64,000 nt of DNA from Bdellovibrionota bacterium (GTDB lineage: Bacteria; Bdellovibrionota_C; UBA2361; JBIKWN01), in the NCBI GenBank assembly GCA_044356295.1, contig JBIKWN010000004.1:1-64000 (forward strand). Direction: 5' to 3'. Shown piece by piece: positions 52,342 through 62,711 of the stretch. The first letter of the stretch is position 1; every line of letters starts with the position of its first letter. A program made the translations under genes and the position numbers. The notes beneath the pieces were generated by a model. It was given only the letters and a program-made list of their open reading frames with translations. It was not told the origin of the DNA and ran no database searches.

Positions 52342-53415
52342 ATGAATCAAGAGCTTAAGAGCACAAATAATAATGCTCTCTTGATTATTTTACTGCTCTC
52401 ACTTGGGATTGTATTGCCCCTTGTTATTGTTGAGCTTGGCATCCGTATCTATAGTTCTACTGTTTCAACTTCAGATCTTTCTACAGCGCTCGATACTTCA
52501 GAGAAAAGTAAAATTGAAATTAATAATCCATCACTAAAAGGTCTTGTCAGACGTAGTAGTAATCCAAAAATTGTATACGAATTAAAATCTAATATTTCAG
52601 GGCTTTTCCTTAATCAGCCACTTCGTACGAATAGTTTAGGCATGAGGGGACCTGAATACTCATTAGAAAAAAATCCACAGATTATTCGAATCGCACTTAT
52701 CGGTGATTCAATTGCATTTGGTTGGGGTGTCAAAGAAGAAGAGCGATATAGCACGGTGCTAGAAAAACTTCTTTCAGAGAAATGGGGCAAGCAAGTTGAA
52801 ATTTTAAACTTTGGTGTTCCGGGCTACAACACAATGATTGAGGCTGAGCTAGTCGAGCAAAAAGTTGCTACATTTAATCCAGATATGCTTATCCTTCATT
52901 TCGTAAATAACGATGATGGTGCGCCGTATTTTATGTCTCGTCCCGAGTCATTCTGGACAATCAAAAAAAGTTTTTTATTTGAGTTTATAAAAGAACGATT
53001 AGTGCAGCCCTCAAAAGATTCAAACCCGAATCTTTCAGTTGGATTTGGAGGATTACCAGAAGAATCTAAAGCCGCCGTCATTAAAGAATATTCATATATG
53101 GTTGGGGCTCAAGCGGTCAAGCGTGGACTTGATAGAATAGGAAAATATGCTCAATCAAAGCAGATTCCATTTTATATCGTTTTTGGATCATTACGAGATG
53201 GACAATATTCACTGCTTCGACAAGCAGCAAAAAAAAATGGCACACAGTTAGTTAGTATTAAAGAAAATGTTGAGCGTTATTTTGCTGCTCGAGGAATTAT
53301 TACTCCTAAAGAACGAATTCAAGATCTGACCCTTAATCCAAAAGATCCGCATCCTAACGCGAAAGGTCACGGGATTTATGCTGAGGCACTTTTTGATGCG
53401 ATTAGTAAGAAATAA
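52342..53415 (+). CDS. SGNH/GDSL hydrolase, membrane anchored
   Basis: NSLGMR, GDSIAFG, NFGVPGYNT, DPHPNAKGH. Confidence 0.88.
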   Translation: MNQELKSTNNNALLIILLLSLGIVLPLVIVELGIRIYSSTVSTSDLSTALDTSEKSKIEINNPSLKGLVRRSSNPKIVYELKSNISGLFLNQPLRTNSLGMRGPEYSLEKNPQIIRIALIGDSIAFGWGVKEEERYSTVLEKLLSEKWGKQVEILNFGVPGYNTMIEAELVEQKVATFNPDMLILHFVNNDDGAPYFMSRPESFWTIKKSFLFEFIKERLVQPSKDSNPNLSVGFGGLPEESKAAVIKEYSYMVGAQAVKRGLDRIGKYAQSKQIPFYIVFGSLRDGQYSLLRQAAKKNGTQLVSIKENVERYFAARGIITPKERIQDLTLNPKDPHPNAKGHGIYAEALFDAISKK

Positions 53416-54205
53416 ATTTTTCATTCTTTTTCTTCTTACTTTTTTTTTATTGATTGGTTTTCTTACACTTGATGTTTATCAATATCTTTATCCTGGCGCT
53501 TTTCGATATCTTTTTTCAAAAGAGCAAACGAGTCCACCGCTTGGAACTGAAGTAATAATTATTAAAACAGCTGACAATGTTTCGTTAAGAGTCTGGAAGC
53601 GGCAGCAAGTAAAAAGTGATGCACCAACAATTCTTGTATTTGGGGGAGATGATGGAGACGTTCGTTATCAAGAGGGGATAGCGCAGTATTTTTTCCAGAA
53701 AGGCTTATCTGTTATCACTTTTGATTATCGTGGATTTGGGGCGAGCTCTGGATTTCCTTCGCAAACAGGTATTGAAAAAGATGTTGAAGCGCTTATCACA
53801 CTTTTTAAGGCCGTACCGCAACAGAACAGGTATGTTTTTGGAATTTCGTTTGGTACGTATCCCGCTTTGTATGCAGCAACGAAAATTCAGATTGAAAAAC
53901 TTATTTTAGTTGCTCCATTTATTGATTTTCCATCTGTTGATAGGACTTATTATCACTATCCATGGATTGTTGATCTGATTTGGCCTGAGTATTCAAATGA
54001 AAAACTGATCTATAGAATTGTCGGAGATCCTAGAATTAATATTGTTTATGGTGATAGCGATATATTAATTCCACCTGCGCAGTCTCTTTCTCTTGAGCAG
54101 CAAGCTCGTTCTGTTGGTTTGAAAGTAAAAGCTAGTAAAATTTCAAATGCTAACCACATGACAGTAATGTCAAAGATTGTTCAATCAACGAACGTATTGG
54201 AGTAA
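53378..54205 (+). CDS. Alpha/beta hydrolase (ABHD-like)
   Basis: DYRGFGAS, GISFG, D.LIP, NH; true start may be slightly downstream. Confidence 0.82.
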   Translation: MLRHFLMRLVRNKFFILFLLTFFLLIGFLTLDVYQYLYPGAFRYLFSKEQTSPPLGTEVIIIKTADNVSLRVWKRQQVKSDAPTILVFGGDDGDVRYQEGIAQYFFQKGLSVITFDYRGFGASSGFPSQTGIEKDVEALITLFKAVPQQNRYVFGISFGTYPALYAATKIQIEKLILVAPFIDFPSVDRTYYHYPWIVDLIWPEYSNEKLIYRIVGDPRINIVYGDSDILIPPAQSLSLEQQARSVGLKVKASKISNANHMTVMSKIVQSTNVLE

Positions 54206-54307
54206 TCAGTAAAACTCGTGGAACCTTACCAGTTAACAAGAATCATGATGAAGAAAGTTACGTTCTAATTTCCCTGCATCTAAAGAATTATTACATTTGG
54301 TGACATT

Positions 54308-54769
54308 ATGCGTTGTTTATTATCAATTCTAGGCTCGTACTTTTTTAGTGTTTTCTGTTCTACCGTTCATGCAAATGTAATTAGGCGAAATGTTCGTGCA
54401 GCGATAACGCAATGCAAGACTCTGTTTGCTCTTGCTTCTGCTATCAATTGCCCAATTGCTTATTTTGAAAAATCGCCAAGCTTGCTTGTCATGACAAGGG
54501 GAACACCACGCGTTTCCTCAGCAACTTTGATTGATGCAAAAGGCGGAAAACTTACAACTTGTGGGCAAAAACCTTGTCGTGATTGTAGTCAAGGATTTAG
54601 ATATGTTTGTACTACTGGTGGTGGAACAAATGCCTTGGCAAAAAGAGCTAAGAAAAACGGCGGGAGTTATACAGTGTATTATAAAGTTGGTTCACAGTGT
54701 GTAACTATTCCTGATATTGGAAAATGCAAAAGAAGTGTTAAAGGACTTTGTAATCAAGTGCTTCATTGA
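54308..54769 (+). CDS. Secreted, basic, Cys-rich hypothetical protein
   Basis: Signal peptide ending VHA; nine Cys in the mature part. Confidence 0.6.
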   Translation: MRCLLSILGSYFFSVFCSTVHANVIRRNVRAAITQCKTLFALASAINCPIAYFEKSPSLLVMTRGTPRVSSATLIDAKGGKLTTCGQKPCRDCSQGFRYVCTTGGGTNALAKRAKKNGGSYTVYYKVGSQCVTIPDIGKCKRSVKGLCNQVLH

Positions 54770-54773
54770 TAAA

Positions 54774-55103
54774 TCATTTACACCAAGACTCGCAATTCAA
54801 AAAAATCGGGCTAGCATTACGGATAGAAAGCAAGAAAAATAACAACACTAAGATAGCTTGAAGTATACTGCGCAAATATAATCTCGACCTTATATGAAAA
54901 ATAATTGAAATTAAGCCAGCCAACAGTAAACTCAAGTGAGATGTAAGACCTATGATCCTGTAAAGTTCGGTATCATTTGGAAATACTAATATAGGTAATT
55001 CCGAGCAATCACAGTAACTATTATTCCGAATCATTTGGAAAAAAACAGATAGAACCCCAAAAAAGAGAACACTCAAATCGAAAAACCATATCTTTAAACG
55101 CAT
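54774..55103 (-). CDS. Small hypothetical membrane protein
   Basis: About three hydrophobic segments. Confidence 0.5.
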   Translation of the reverse strand: MRLKIWFFDLSVLFFGVLSVFFQMIRNNSYCDCSELPILVFPNDTELYRIIGLTSHLSLLLAGLISIIFHIRSRLYLRSILQAILVLLFFLLSIRNASPIFLNCESWCK

Positions 55104-55166
55104 TATTCTGCCCCAGCCTACAAGATTCGATTAAAAAACTTATGGATAAACTGCCTTCTAAAAAGA

Positions 55167-56090
55167 TCAAAGCTCTTTTTGATAGACACGTAGCAAAATT
55201 CCATCACATATATCTTGCCTATAGAGCTCAGTTCTTGTTTTAAGATATTTTAGTCTTTCAGGATATCTATAATCAGCTAAAGGACCAATTAAAAGATCAT
55301 CGTAATAAGATGGATCATTTGCTTTTATCGAAATAAGTTCGTCACTGGAGAATTGAAAAAAATATTCAAGTTGAGACTCATAATTTTTATATACAGAAGT
55401 AATTCCTTCAATAAGCATAAGTTTTAATTTTTGAGAACACACTAGATTTTCTATATTTGCGAGGTCGGTCATTTTATAAAATGCATACCGTCCAATTGCA
55501 CCAAGATCTTTTAGTTTAAGTTTAGTCTGTTTTAAATTTTCCTCTGTAAGTTCGATTGTATCAGGAGTGCCTAGTGGAATAAGGTGACCATAATCATAAA
55601 GTCGTAAACTTTGACTTATGGGATCATATCCAAAATTTGAAGGATCGCTATCACAAATTAAACCAGTCTCTTGTAGTAATAAAGATGAAGCATGAATCTT
55701 CATTCTAAAAAGCTCGAGTATGGTTTCGTATTTATATTCATCATCCCCGCCTAGCTTAATGATTTTTGATATCATCTCTTTCATTGGGATTAATCTTTCG
55801 GTAGTAAGGATTGTTCGCGTACCATTTTCACCATAGTTAGCTTCAATACGAACAAAAGGCACTCCGATAAGAGGAGCAACTTGATCACGAATGAGATCCC
55901 AATCAAAGGATCCTAATTGTTCTGGGTTGATCATTTTACAAACAGTAGATTCTAAGATCTGTTTAGGAGGAGTAAAGACAATAGCATCATCACCACGTCT
56001 TCCCGACATTGACTTTTCGATATCAGCTGGAACTAACAAATCTGTTAGAAGTTCACGATCGAGTAATGTGGCAGAAAAGCAGATGCCCAT
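55167..56090 (-). CDS. Hypothetical protein with possible atypical-kinase-like motifs
   Basis: CDSDPSNFGY...LRLYDYG resembles D-x4-N ... DFG. Confidence 0.5.
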   Translation of the reverse strand: MGICFSATLLDRELLTDLLVPADIEKSMSGRRGDDAIVFTPPKQILESTVCKMINPEQLGSFDWDLIRDQVAPLIGVPFVRIEANYGENGTRTILTTERLIPMKEMISKIIKLGGDDEYKYETILELFRMKIHASSLLLQETGLICDSDPSNFGYDPISQSLRLYDYGHLIPLGTPDTIELTEENLKQTKLKLKDLGAIGRYAFYKMTDLANIENLVCSQKLKLMLIEGITSVYKNYESQLEYFFQFSSDELISIKANDPSYYDDLLIGPLADYRYPERLKYLKTRTELYRQDICDGILLRVYQKEL

Positions 56091-56099
56091 ACACTAAAG

Positions 56100-56420
56100 T
56101 TAAAGCTTGTTTGCTTCACTTCCACAAATAATAGCAGCATGAGCATTCGATAAAGCAGCGTCTTGTGATAATTCCATGCTTCGAATCACTCCTTGTTGTA
56201 AAATTGAAGTGATATGACAGAAATCTTCTTTTGTTAATTCTTTATTTCCAGAAACATGTTTAAAGATAGCTGTTTTACTAACAGGAATATATTTAGATAC
56301 ATCATGACAGATTGCTTCAAGGAGCTCATCTTTCGAGATTCTTTCACCGTTAATTGAACGAACTTCAATATTAAAGAGAGCTGAAATAGTTTCAAAATTA
56401 TTAACTGCTACTGATGACAT
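56100..56420 (-). CDS. Hypothetical protein, possibly an N-terminal fragment of the next ORF
   Basis: 106-aa ORF in the same frame as 55167..56090. Confidence 0.4.
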   Translation of the reverse strand: MSSVAVNNFETISALFNIEVRSINGERISKDELLEAICHDVSKYIPVSKTAIFKHVSGNKELTKEDFCHITSILQQGVIRSMELSQDAALSNAHAAIICGSEANKL

Positions 56421-56593
56421 ATGGTTTACTTCTTTTATTACTTATCTACAATTTGGTATGGAATGCTTCCTCTAAAATGAGACAGTCGACCGAATAGCTA
56501 TTCTTGATTAGAATTGGTACCGAATTCATTGAAATGAATAGTAAACATATTGTAACTAATTGAATTTGTTGCATATTCTTATTTAAACCCCTT

Positions 56594-58870
56594 ATGGCAG
56601 TAATAGACTCCTCAATACTTACCGAATCTCGTGACCGATATTTAACCTATGCTTTAAGCGTAGTCTCTGGAAGGGCGCTTCCAGATGTACGGGACGGACT
56701 AAAGCCCGTGCAGCGCAGAATCTTATTTGCGATGTTTAAAAATCTGCATTTAAAGCCAGGTTCTAGCCATAAAAAGTCAGCAAAAATAGTCGGGGAAGTC
56801 CTTGGTAACTATCACCCGCACGGTGATAGTGCATGTTATGAAGCAATGGTTCGAATGGCTCAGGATTTCTCGCTTCGCTATCCACTTGTTGATGGTCAAG
56901 GTAACTTTGGTTCTTTAGATGGAGATAGTGCAGCAGCTTACCGATATACAGAGGCTAAACTTACTGAGCTTGCAATCGAAGTCATCGGTGAAATAGATGA
57001 AGAAACTGTTGCATATAGAGATAACTTTGATGGCACAGCTGTTGAGCCGATAGTATTTCCTAGTAAAGTGCCAAATCTTTTAATCAACGGTGCTTCTGGC
57101 ATCGCTGTTGGAATGGCAACCAGTATTCCTCCGCATAATTTTAAAGATGTTATTAAAGCGCTACTTCTTTTGTGCGAAGAGCCCGATGCATCAAATGCAA
57201 AAATTGTTACTCAAATTAAAGGTCCTGATTTTCCGACTGGCTGTTCAATCTTAAATTCTAAAAAAGAACTCGATGAAATGTACGATACTGGAAGAGGCTC
57301 CATTCGTATGCGGGGAACCTATGAGTTAGAAGAGCTGGAGCGTGGCAAAAAAGCGATTGTTATTAATTCAATTCCTTATGCAGTTAATAAAGCGCAACTC
57401 GTAGAAAAAATCGCAAACTTAATCATTGATAAGAAACTTCCGCAGCTTCAAGACATACGAGACGAATCAACAGATGATATCCGTGTTGTATTAGAGCTTT
57501 CTTCTGGTGCAGACCCAGAGCTTGCAATGGCGTATCTGTACAAAAATACAGTTCTTGATACGACCTTTTCCATGAACCTTACCGTGCTTGTTCCTGCTGG
57601 AAAGAATTTTGAACGAACTCGTCCAGAGCAGGTTTCTATAAGGCAGTGCCTTCAGCATTTTATTGATTTTAGACAAGAAGTCGTTGCGCGTCGTTTAAGG
57701 TATGAAAAGAAAAATTTGCTTGCAAGAATTCACATTCTTGAAGGTTTAGTTAAGATATTTGACGCATTAGATGAAGCTTTAAAAATTATTAGAAAAAGTG
57801 ACGGACGATCGGACGCAGCATCAAAATTAGCTGCTCGCTTTAAACTTACTGAGATTCAAAGTTTTGCAATCGTTGACCTTCGTGTGTATCAACTTTCTAA
57901 AACAAATATTGATGAGATCCGTGCAGAACTTGGCGAGAAAGAGAAACGTGTTAAAGAAATTGATAAAATCTTAGCGAGCACGCGAGCCATTCTAACTATT
58001 GTTAAAGATGAGTTCGAAAAACTTGGCGAAAAATACGGTGATAAACGTAAAAGTCAGATCATTAAAGATGAAGTTGAAATTGAATTCGACGAATCTCAGT
58101 ATGTTGTTGAAGAAGATGTATACGCAATTGTTACCTATGACGGTTGGATAAAAAGAATCCGTCAAAATAATGAGCTCAATGGAACGCGGGTCAGGGAAGG
58201 GGATAGAATATTAAGGGCTCATCCACTTTCAACGCGAGATACTGTGGCTTTTTTCACAAATTTAGGGAATGTGTATTCGATAAAGGTTTCTGACTTTCCA
58301 TCATCATCGGGATATGGAAATCCGCTTCAGAAAACTTTAAAGATGAAGGATGGTGAAACTGTCTTTGAAAGTTTTGGAATTAGGGCTTCTGCATCAAAAG
58401 ATACTGAAGCAACTGCTGGATACACTCACTTTATCCTTGAAAAATCAGAGTTAATTCTTGTCTCAAAGAAAGGGCTCGGTTTTGGTGCGATTATTGACGG
58501 ACTTGTAGGGCTTAAAAAATCTGGCAAGCGTGTGATGAACCTTAAAGGAGAAGATAGGCTTGTTGCAGTTTGCTTCTATGAAAAAGAGCTTGCAATGTTT
58601 ACCAAAGATGCTTCAGCGCTTTCTATCCCATCCTCTGATATTGCCAAACGTGAAGGCCCAGCAGTTGGTGTTCAACTTATGGGAGTTCGCAGTGATGATG
58701 AAGTGATTGCCGCCATTAGCCATAATGGAAAAGCAAATTTCTTAGCAACCAGTGATACTGGAAGAACAAAAGAGATTCCAAACAAAGAAATAGTAAAAGG
58801 GCACCGTGCTTTAAAAGGAAATAAGATAGCTTCTAAAGTGCAACTTGCTTCAGTTGAAAAAAATAATTAA
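56594..58870 (+). CDS. parC: Type IIA topoisomerase subunit A, probably topoisomerase IV ParC
   Basis: [31 protein letters not shown]; no recognisable GyrA-box, short CTD. Confidence 0.8.
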   Translation: MAVIDSSILTESRDRYLTYALSVVSGRALPDVRDGLKPVQRRILFAMFKNLHLKPGSSHKKSAKIVGEVLGNYHPHGDSACYEAMVRMAQDFSLRYPLVDGQGNFGSLDGDSAAAYRYTEAKLTELAIEVIGEIDEETVAYRDNFDGTAVEPIVFPSKVPNLLINGASGIAVGMATSIPPHNFKDVIKALLLLCEEPDASNAKIVTQIKGPDFPTGCSILNSKKELDEMYDTGRGSIRMRGTYELEELERGKKAIVINSIPYAVNKAQLVEKIANLIIDKKLPQLQDIRDESTDDIRVVLELSSGADPELAMAYLYKNTVLDTTFSMNLTVLVPAGKNFERTRPEQVSIRQCLQHFIDFRQEVVARRLRYEKKNLLARIHILEGLVKIFDALDEALKIIRKSDGRSDAASKLAARFKLTEIQSFAIVDLRVYQLSKTNIDEIRAELGEKEKRVKEIDKILASTRAILTIVKDEFEKLGEKYGDKRKSQIIKDEVEIEFDESQYVVEEDVYAIVTYDGWIKRIRQNNELNGTRVREGDRILRAHPLSTRDTVAFFTNLGNVYSIKVSDFPSSSGYGNPLQKTLKMKDGETVFESFGIRASASKDTEATAGYTHFILEKSELILVSKKGLGFGAIIDGLVGLKKSGKRVMNLKGEDRLVAVCFYEKELAMFTKDASALSIPSSDIAKREGPAVGVQLMGVRSDDEVIAAISHNGKANFLATSDTGRTKEIPNKEIVKGHRALKGNKIASKVQLASVEKNN

Positions 58871-58885
58871 TCGTAAATAAAAAAT

Positions 58886-60811
58886 ATGTCTCGAAGTTAT
58901 AAAGCTGAAAATATTGAAGTTCTTGAAGGGTTAGAACCCGTTCGTAAACGCCCCGGGATGTATATCGGAGGCACTGAAGGTCCAGGCGGGCTCCATCACC
59001 TCATTAAAGAGATTCTCGATAACTCCATCGATGAAGCAATGAACGGACATGCATCTCTTGTATCCGTAACGCTTCATAAAAATGGTGAAACAATTACCGT
59101 TGAAGATAATGGACGTGGAATTCCTGTAGATACTCATCCTAAATTTAAAAAGCCTGCAGTAGAGCTGATTATGACAACGCTCCATGCGGGGGGTAAGTTT
59201 TCAGATACAAGTTATGTTTCAGCTGGAGGACTGCACGGCGTTGGTGCTTCTGTAGTAAATGCACTTTCAAAAGAGCTCACTGTTTTTGTTTCAAGAGATG
59301 GCTTTGAATGGAATCAAACATACCGACAAGGAAAAACTGCAACAAAGCTTCAGAAAGGTTCTGCTACTAAAAAAACCGGAACGAAAGTTACTTTTACTCC
59401 AGATCCAGAGATATTCCGAAAAACTCAGTTTAATTCAAAATTGATCGAAAAGATTATTAAAGAGAAAGCATTCCTCAATAAGGGACTTAAACTTTCCTTT
59501 AAAGACGAAGTTCAAAATGAGAAGAAAGAGTTCTGTTATGAAGACGGAGTTCTTTCTTATGTAAAAAATCTGTTAGAAGAAGACAACCAAACTCCTGTTG
59601 GTGGTGAAGTATTCTATCTTGAGCGTACTGAAGGAATAAAAGTTGAAGCTGCTTTCTGTTGGACAGAAGGTACAACTGAAAAATCATATTCATACGTAAA
59701 CGGAATACATACTGCCGAAGGCGGAAGTCATGAGGATGGATTTCGTTCCGGGTTAGGGAAAGCTGTAAGAAATTATATCTCAGTTCATAATCTTCTACCG
59801 AAAGGCATGAAGCTCTCGGGTGAAGACTTACGAGAAGGTCTTATTGTTGTACTTTCTGTAAATGTACCTGGTGCGGTAAGCCAACTGCAATTTCAAGGAC
59901 AAACAAAAGATAAATTAAACAATCCAGAAATTACTGCTCCTGTTGATGGTTTAGTAAAAACTTTTGAAAATACTTTAAACTCAAATCCTAAACTTGCTGC
60001 AACTATTATTGAAAGAATTCTTCTTGCTGCAAAAGCTCGTGCGGCAGCTCGTTCTGCATCACAAAGTGTTTCAAGAAAAGTTGGTGTTTCTCATCGATTA
60101 AACTTACCTGGAAAACTTTCTGATTGTTCATCCAATCAATCATCTAAAAGTGAGTTGTTTATTGTGGAAGGAGATTCCGCAGGTGGAAGTGCAAAACAGG
60201 CTCGAGACAGAAAAATTCAAGCGATACTTCCTCTGAGAGGAAAAATTGTTAATACAATTGCAAATTCCTCGAATAAGCTTTCTGAAAACAAAGAGCTCAT
60301 CGATCTGGTTTCTGCAATTGGATGCGGTTACGGAGAAACCATGCGACTCGATAAAATTCGATACGATAAGGTAATAATCCTAACTGATGCGGATGCTGAT
60401 GGAATGCATATTGCGTCCCTTCTTATGGCTTTTTTCTTTAAATTTATGCGACCTTTGATTGTCAAGGGGCACCTCTACTTGGGGCTTCCCCCCCTTTACC
60501 GCATTCGAAGTGGCTCAGGAGCAAAACAAGAGACTCTCTGGGCATATAGTGACGAAAAAAAGGAGACCTTATTGAAAAATAAGGCTAACAAATCTAATAT
60601 TCAGATAACCCGGTTTAAAGGACTCGGAGAGATGAACCCACAAACCCTGTGGGAGACTACTCTGTCACCTAAAACCAGAACTTTACTGCGAGTAACCCTT
60701 GGTGACGAAGAAACTGTTCGGGGGATGTTCGAGAGTCTCTTAGGAAAGGACAGTAGTGAGCGCTATAAACTTATTCAGGAAAACGCAGAACGACTTGAAG
60801 TCGATATTTAA
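58886..60811 (+). CDS. parE: Type IIA topoisomerase subunit B, probably ParE
   Basis: VRKRPGMYIG, EILDNSIDE, GGLHGVGASVVNALS, VEGDSAGG, PLRGK, TDADADG, RFKGLGEM. Confidence 0.8.
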   Translation: MSRSYKAENIEVLEGLEPVRKRPGMYIGGTEGPGGLHHLIKEILDNSIDEAMNGHASLVSVTLHKNGETITVEDNGRGIPVDTHPKFKKPAVELIMTTLHAGGKFSDTSYVSAGGLHGVGASVVNALSKELTVFVSRDGFEWNQTYRQGKTATKLQKGSATKKTGTKVTFTPDPEIFRKTQFNSKLIEKIIKEKAFLNKGLKLSFKDEVQNEKKEFCYEDGVLSYVKNLLEEDNQTPVGGEVFYLERTEGIKVEAAFCWTEGTTEKSYSYVNGIHTAEGGSHEDGFRSGLGKAVRNYISVHNLLPKGMKLSGEDLREGLIVVLSVNVPGAVSQLQFQGQTKDKLNNPEITAPVDGLVKTFENTLNSNPKLAATIIERILLAAKARAAARSASQSVSRKVGVSHRLNLPGKLSDCSSNQSSKSELFIVEGDSAGGSAKQARDRKIQAILPLRGKIVNTIANSSNKLSENKELIDLVSAIGCGYGETMRLDKIRYDKVIILTDADADGMHIASLLMAFFFKFMRPLIVKGHLYLGLPPLYRIRSGSGAKQETLWAYSDEKKETLLKNKANKSNIQITRFKGLGEMNPQTLWETTLSPKTRTLLRVTLGDEETVRGMFESLLGKDSSERYKLIQENAERLEVDI

Positions 60812-60838
60812 GTATTACTCTCTTATTACCGGGAATTA

Positions 60839-61678
60839 ATGGTCAAAGGATTTTTCAAAGATCTCAAATCTACTGCAGCTAAACTTGGTTTTGCTGATCC
60901 CTCTTGGCTAAAAGAGGACGCAGACCCTGTGTTTGAGTCTGTTGATACGCCAGGTCCTGGACCTCAGCTCCTACTTCTTCATGGGCTTCTTGGACAGGTT
61001 AGTAATTGGGAGTATGTGACTCCTCATCTCGCAAAGAATACAAATCCGATTGCTCTAAAGTTTCCACTTCTTACTGCTTCAAAAAATGATGTAAAGGTTA
61101 AGTCACTTGCGTTATTTACTGAAGCTTTCATACGTGAACGTTCAATGGCACCTGCTGCTTTATGTGGAAATTCTCTTGGTGGACATGTTGCTCTTCGTTT
61201 AGCGCTCGCTCGCCCAGAACTTGTTGATTGTATGATTCTTTCTGGAAGTAGCGGATTGTATGAACATACCGTAGATAGTTTGCCTCTCCGTCCAGATGAA
61301 AAATTTGTTCGCGAGCATATGGCTCGTGTTTTCGTGAATAGTGAATTCATAACTGAAGAAGCTATTTCTCAGATGGTTGAAATTTTAGATAGCCGTCACA
61401 ATATTGGGAACCTTCTTTCAACTGCAAAGAGTGCCAAGCGTGACAATCTTTATGATCTTTTGCCTCAGATTACTTGCCCTGTTCTTCTTTTATGGGGAGA
61501 GGATGATACGGTTACTACTATGGAAGTTGCTGAGACATTTAAACGGAGACTTCCAAATTCAAAGCTTGTCAGTCAGAAACGATGCGGTCATGCGCCAATG
61601 ATTGAACATCCTGAGTGGTTTGCCGATGAAATTGATAAGTTTCTTCGTGAGCATTCTCGTTTTTATAACAAGAGATAA
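60839..61678 (+). CDS. Alpha/beta hydrolase
   Basis: LLHGL, GNSLGG, WGEDD, CGHAPMIEHP. Confidence 0.9.
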   Translation: MVKGFFKDLKSTAAKLGFADPSWLKEDADPVFESVDTPGPGPQLLLLHGLLGQVSNWEYVTPHLAKNTNPIALKFPLLTASKNDVKVKSLALFTEAFIRERSMAPAALCGNSLGGHVALRLALARPELVDCMILSGSSGLYEHTVDSLPLRPDEKFVREHMARVFVNSEFITEEAISQMVEILDSRHNIGNLLSTAKSAKRDNLYDLLPQITCPVLLLWGEDDTVTTMEVAETFKRRLPNSKLVSQKRCGHAPMIEHPEWFADEIDKFLREHSRFYNKR

Positions 61679-61690
61679 CCGGCCGAATTT

Positions 61691-62638
61691 TTATACTAAA
61701 AGCCTCTCTGCTCCGAATTTTGCACTTACGGCCTCTAATGCAAACCCTTCACGCATCGAATAAGGTGAAATAAGAGCTTTGTTACTACAGGCTGAGTCTA
61801 ATGTCGTTTTCATAGCCATGGCACTAACGAAATATTTCTCTCTGCTGGAAGCTTTAATGCCGTAGTTTTTCATGATGTATGAATCGGTTTTAGTTTCTAG
61901 ATCTGAAATAAGTTTTTGAAGTGATGCGAGATCAACAGTCAGTGAGTTGTCATCACTTTGACGTTTATCTAAAAGAGCAATTGCTTTAGCAATTCGTTTC
62001 ATCATTCGTCCACTAAAAACAACAGTATCTATCCTCGATCCACTAATCATCTCGCTTGTAAAAGTCGAAAGAGATGTCATCATCGATACAAGCTCAGATA
62101 GCTTCGTCGGACTCTCTTCAACTATTCGGCTCATTGCGACAATACCGATTGGGAGGCTTCGAAGTTTCTCTTGTTGATTGTCTAAAACGATCTGCTCTGT
62201 GCTGCCACCACCAGTTTTAGAAACTAATATTCGGCCGTTATTTTTTTCAGGATACTTTGAATTGATAAAAAATTGAGCAGCACTTCCTATGAATTTGGCT
62301 TCTTGTAAAGGATCGATGATGGATACTTCGATATCTTTCTTTGATAATCCTTGGACAATACGGCTTGAGTTTGCAGCACTTCTAAGCCCAGCAGTTGCGA
62401 GGAAATGAATTTCCTCATCATTTTTTTGATCATAGCTTTGGTGAGCAGCAAGGATTTTTTCGTTAATTTTTCTTATTTCACTAGTTGAATAAGTAGCTCC
62501 CGAAGATGGTACTGTTGGAAGGTATTCTTCAAAAAAGCTTTTTTGTTCTAGTGCTAAAGAATCAGGATCGATCGTTATCTCAACAGCACGAATGCCAGAA
62601 CCACCAATATCGACAATGTTTATAGGCTTACTAAGCAT
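61691..62638 (-). CDS. Ppx/GppA-family (ASKHA) phosphatase-like protein, divergent
   Basis: VDIGGSGIR, ATAGLRSAAN, EA, GGGSTE, SLPIG, MREG. Confidence 0.75.
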   Translation of the reverse strand: MLSKPINIVDIGGSGIRAVEITIDPDSLALEQKSFFEEYLPTVPSSGATYSTSEIRKINEKILAAHQSYDQKNDEEIHFLATAGLRSAANSSRIVQGLSKKDIEVSIIDPLQEAKFIGSAAQFFINSKYPEKNNGRILVSKTGGGSTEQIVLDNQQEKLRSLPIGIVAMSRIVEESPTKLSELVSMMTSLSTFTSEMISGSRIDTVVFSGRMMKRIAKAIALLDKRQSDDNSLTVDLASLQKLISDLETKTDSYIMKNYGIKASSREKYFVSAMAMKTTLDSACSNKALISPYSMREGFALEAVSAKFGAERLLV

Positions 62639-62711
62639 TAAGTTGCTTTACTTTAACAAAGTTAAAGTAAATGGCAATCTATAAATTTTCTCTTAAAATC
62701 CAAGGGAATAA

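Noticed and set aside
56594..60811. DNA gyrase gyrA/gyrB
   Set aside because: No GyrA-box and a shortened CTD favour topo IV, though gyrase is not fully excluded without a phylogeny
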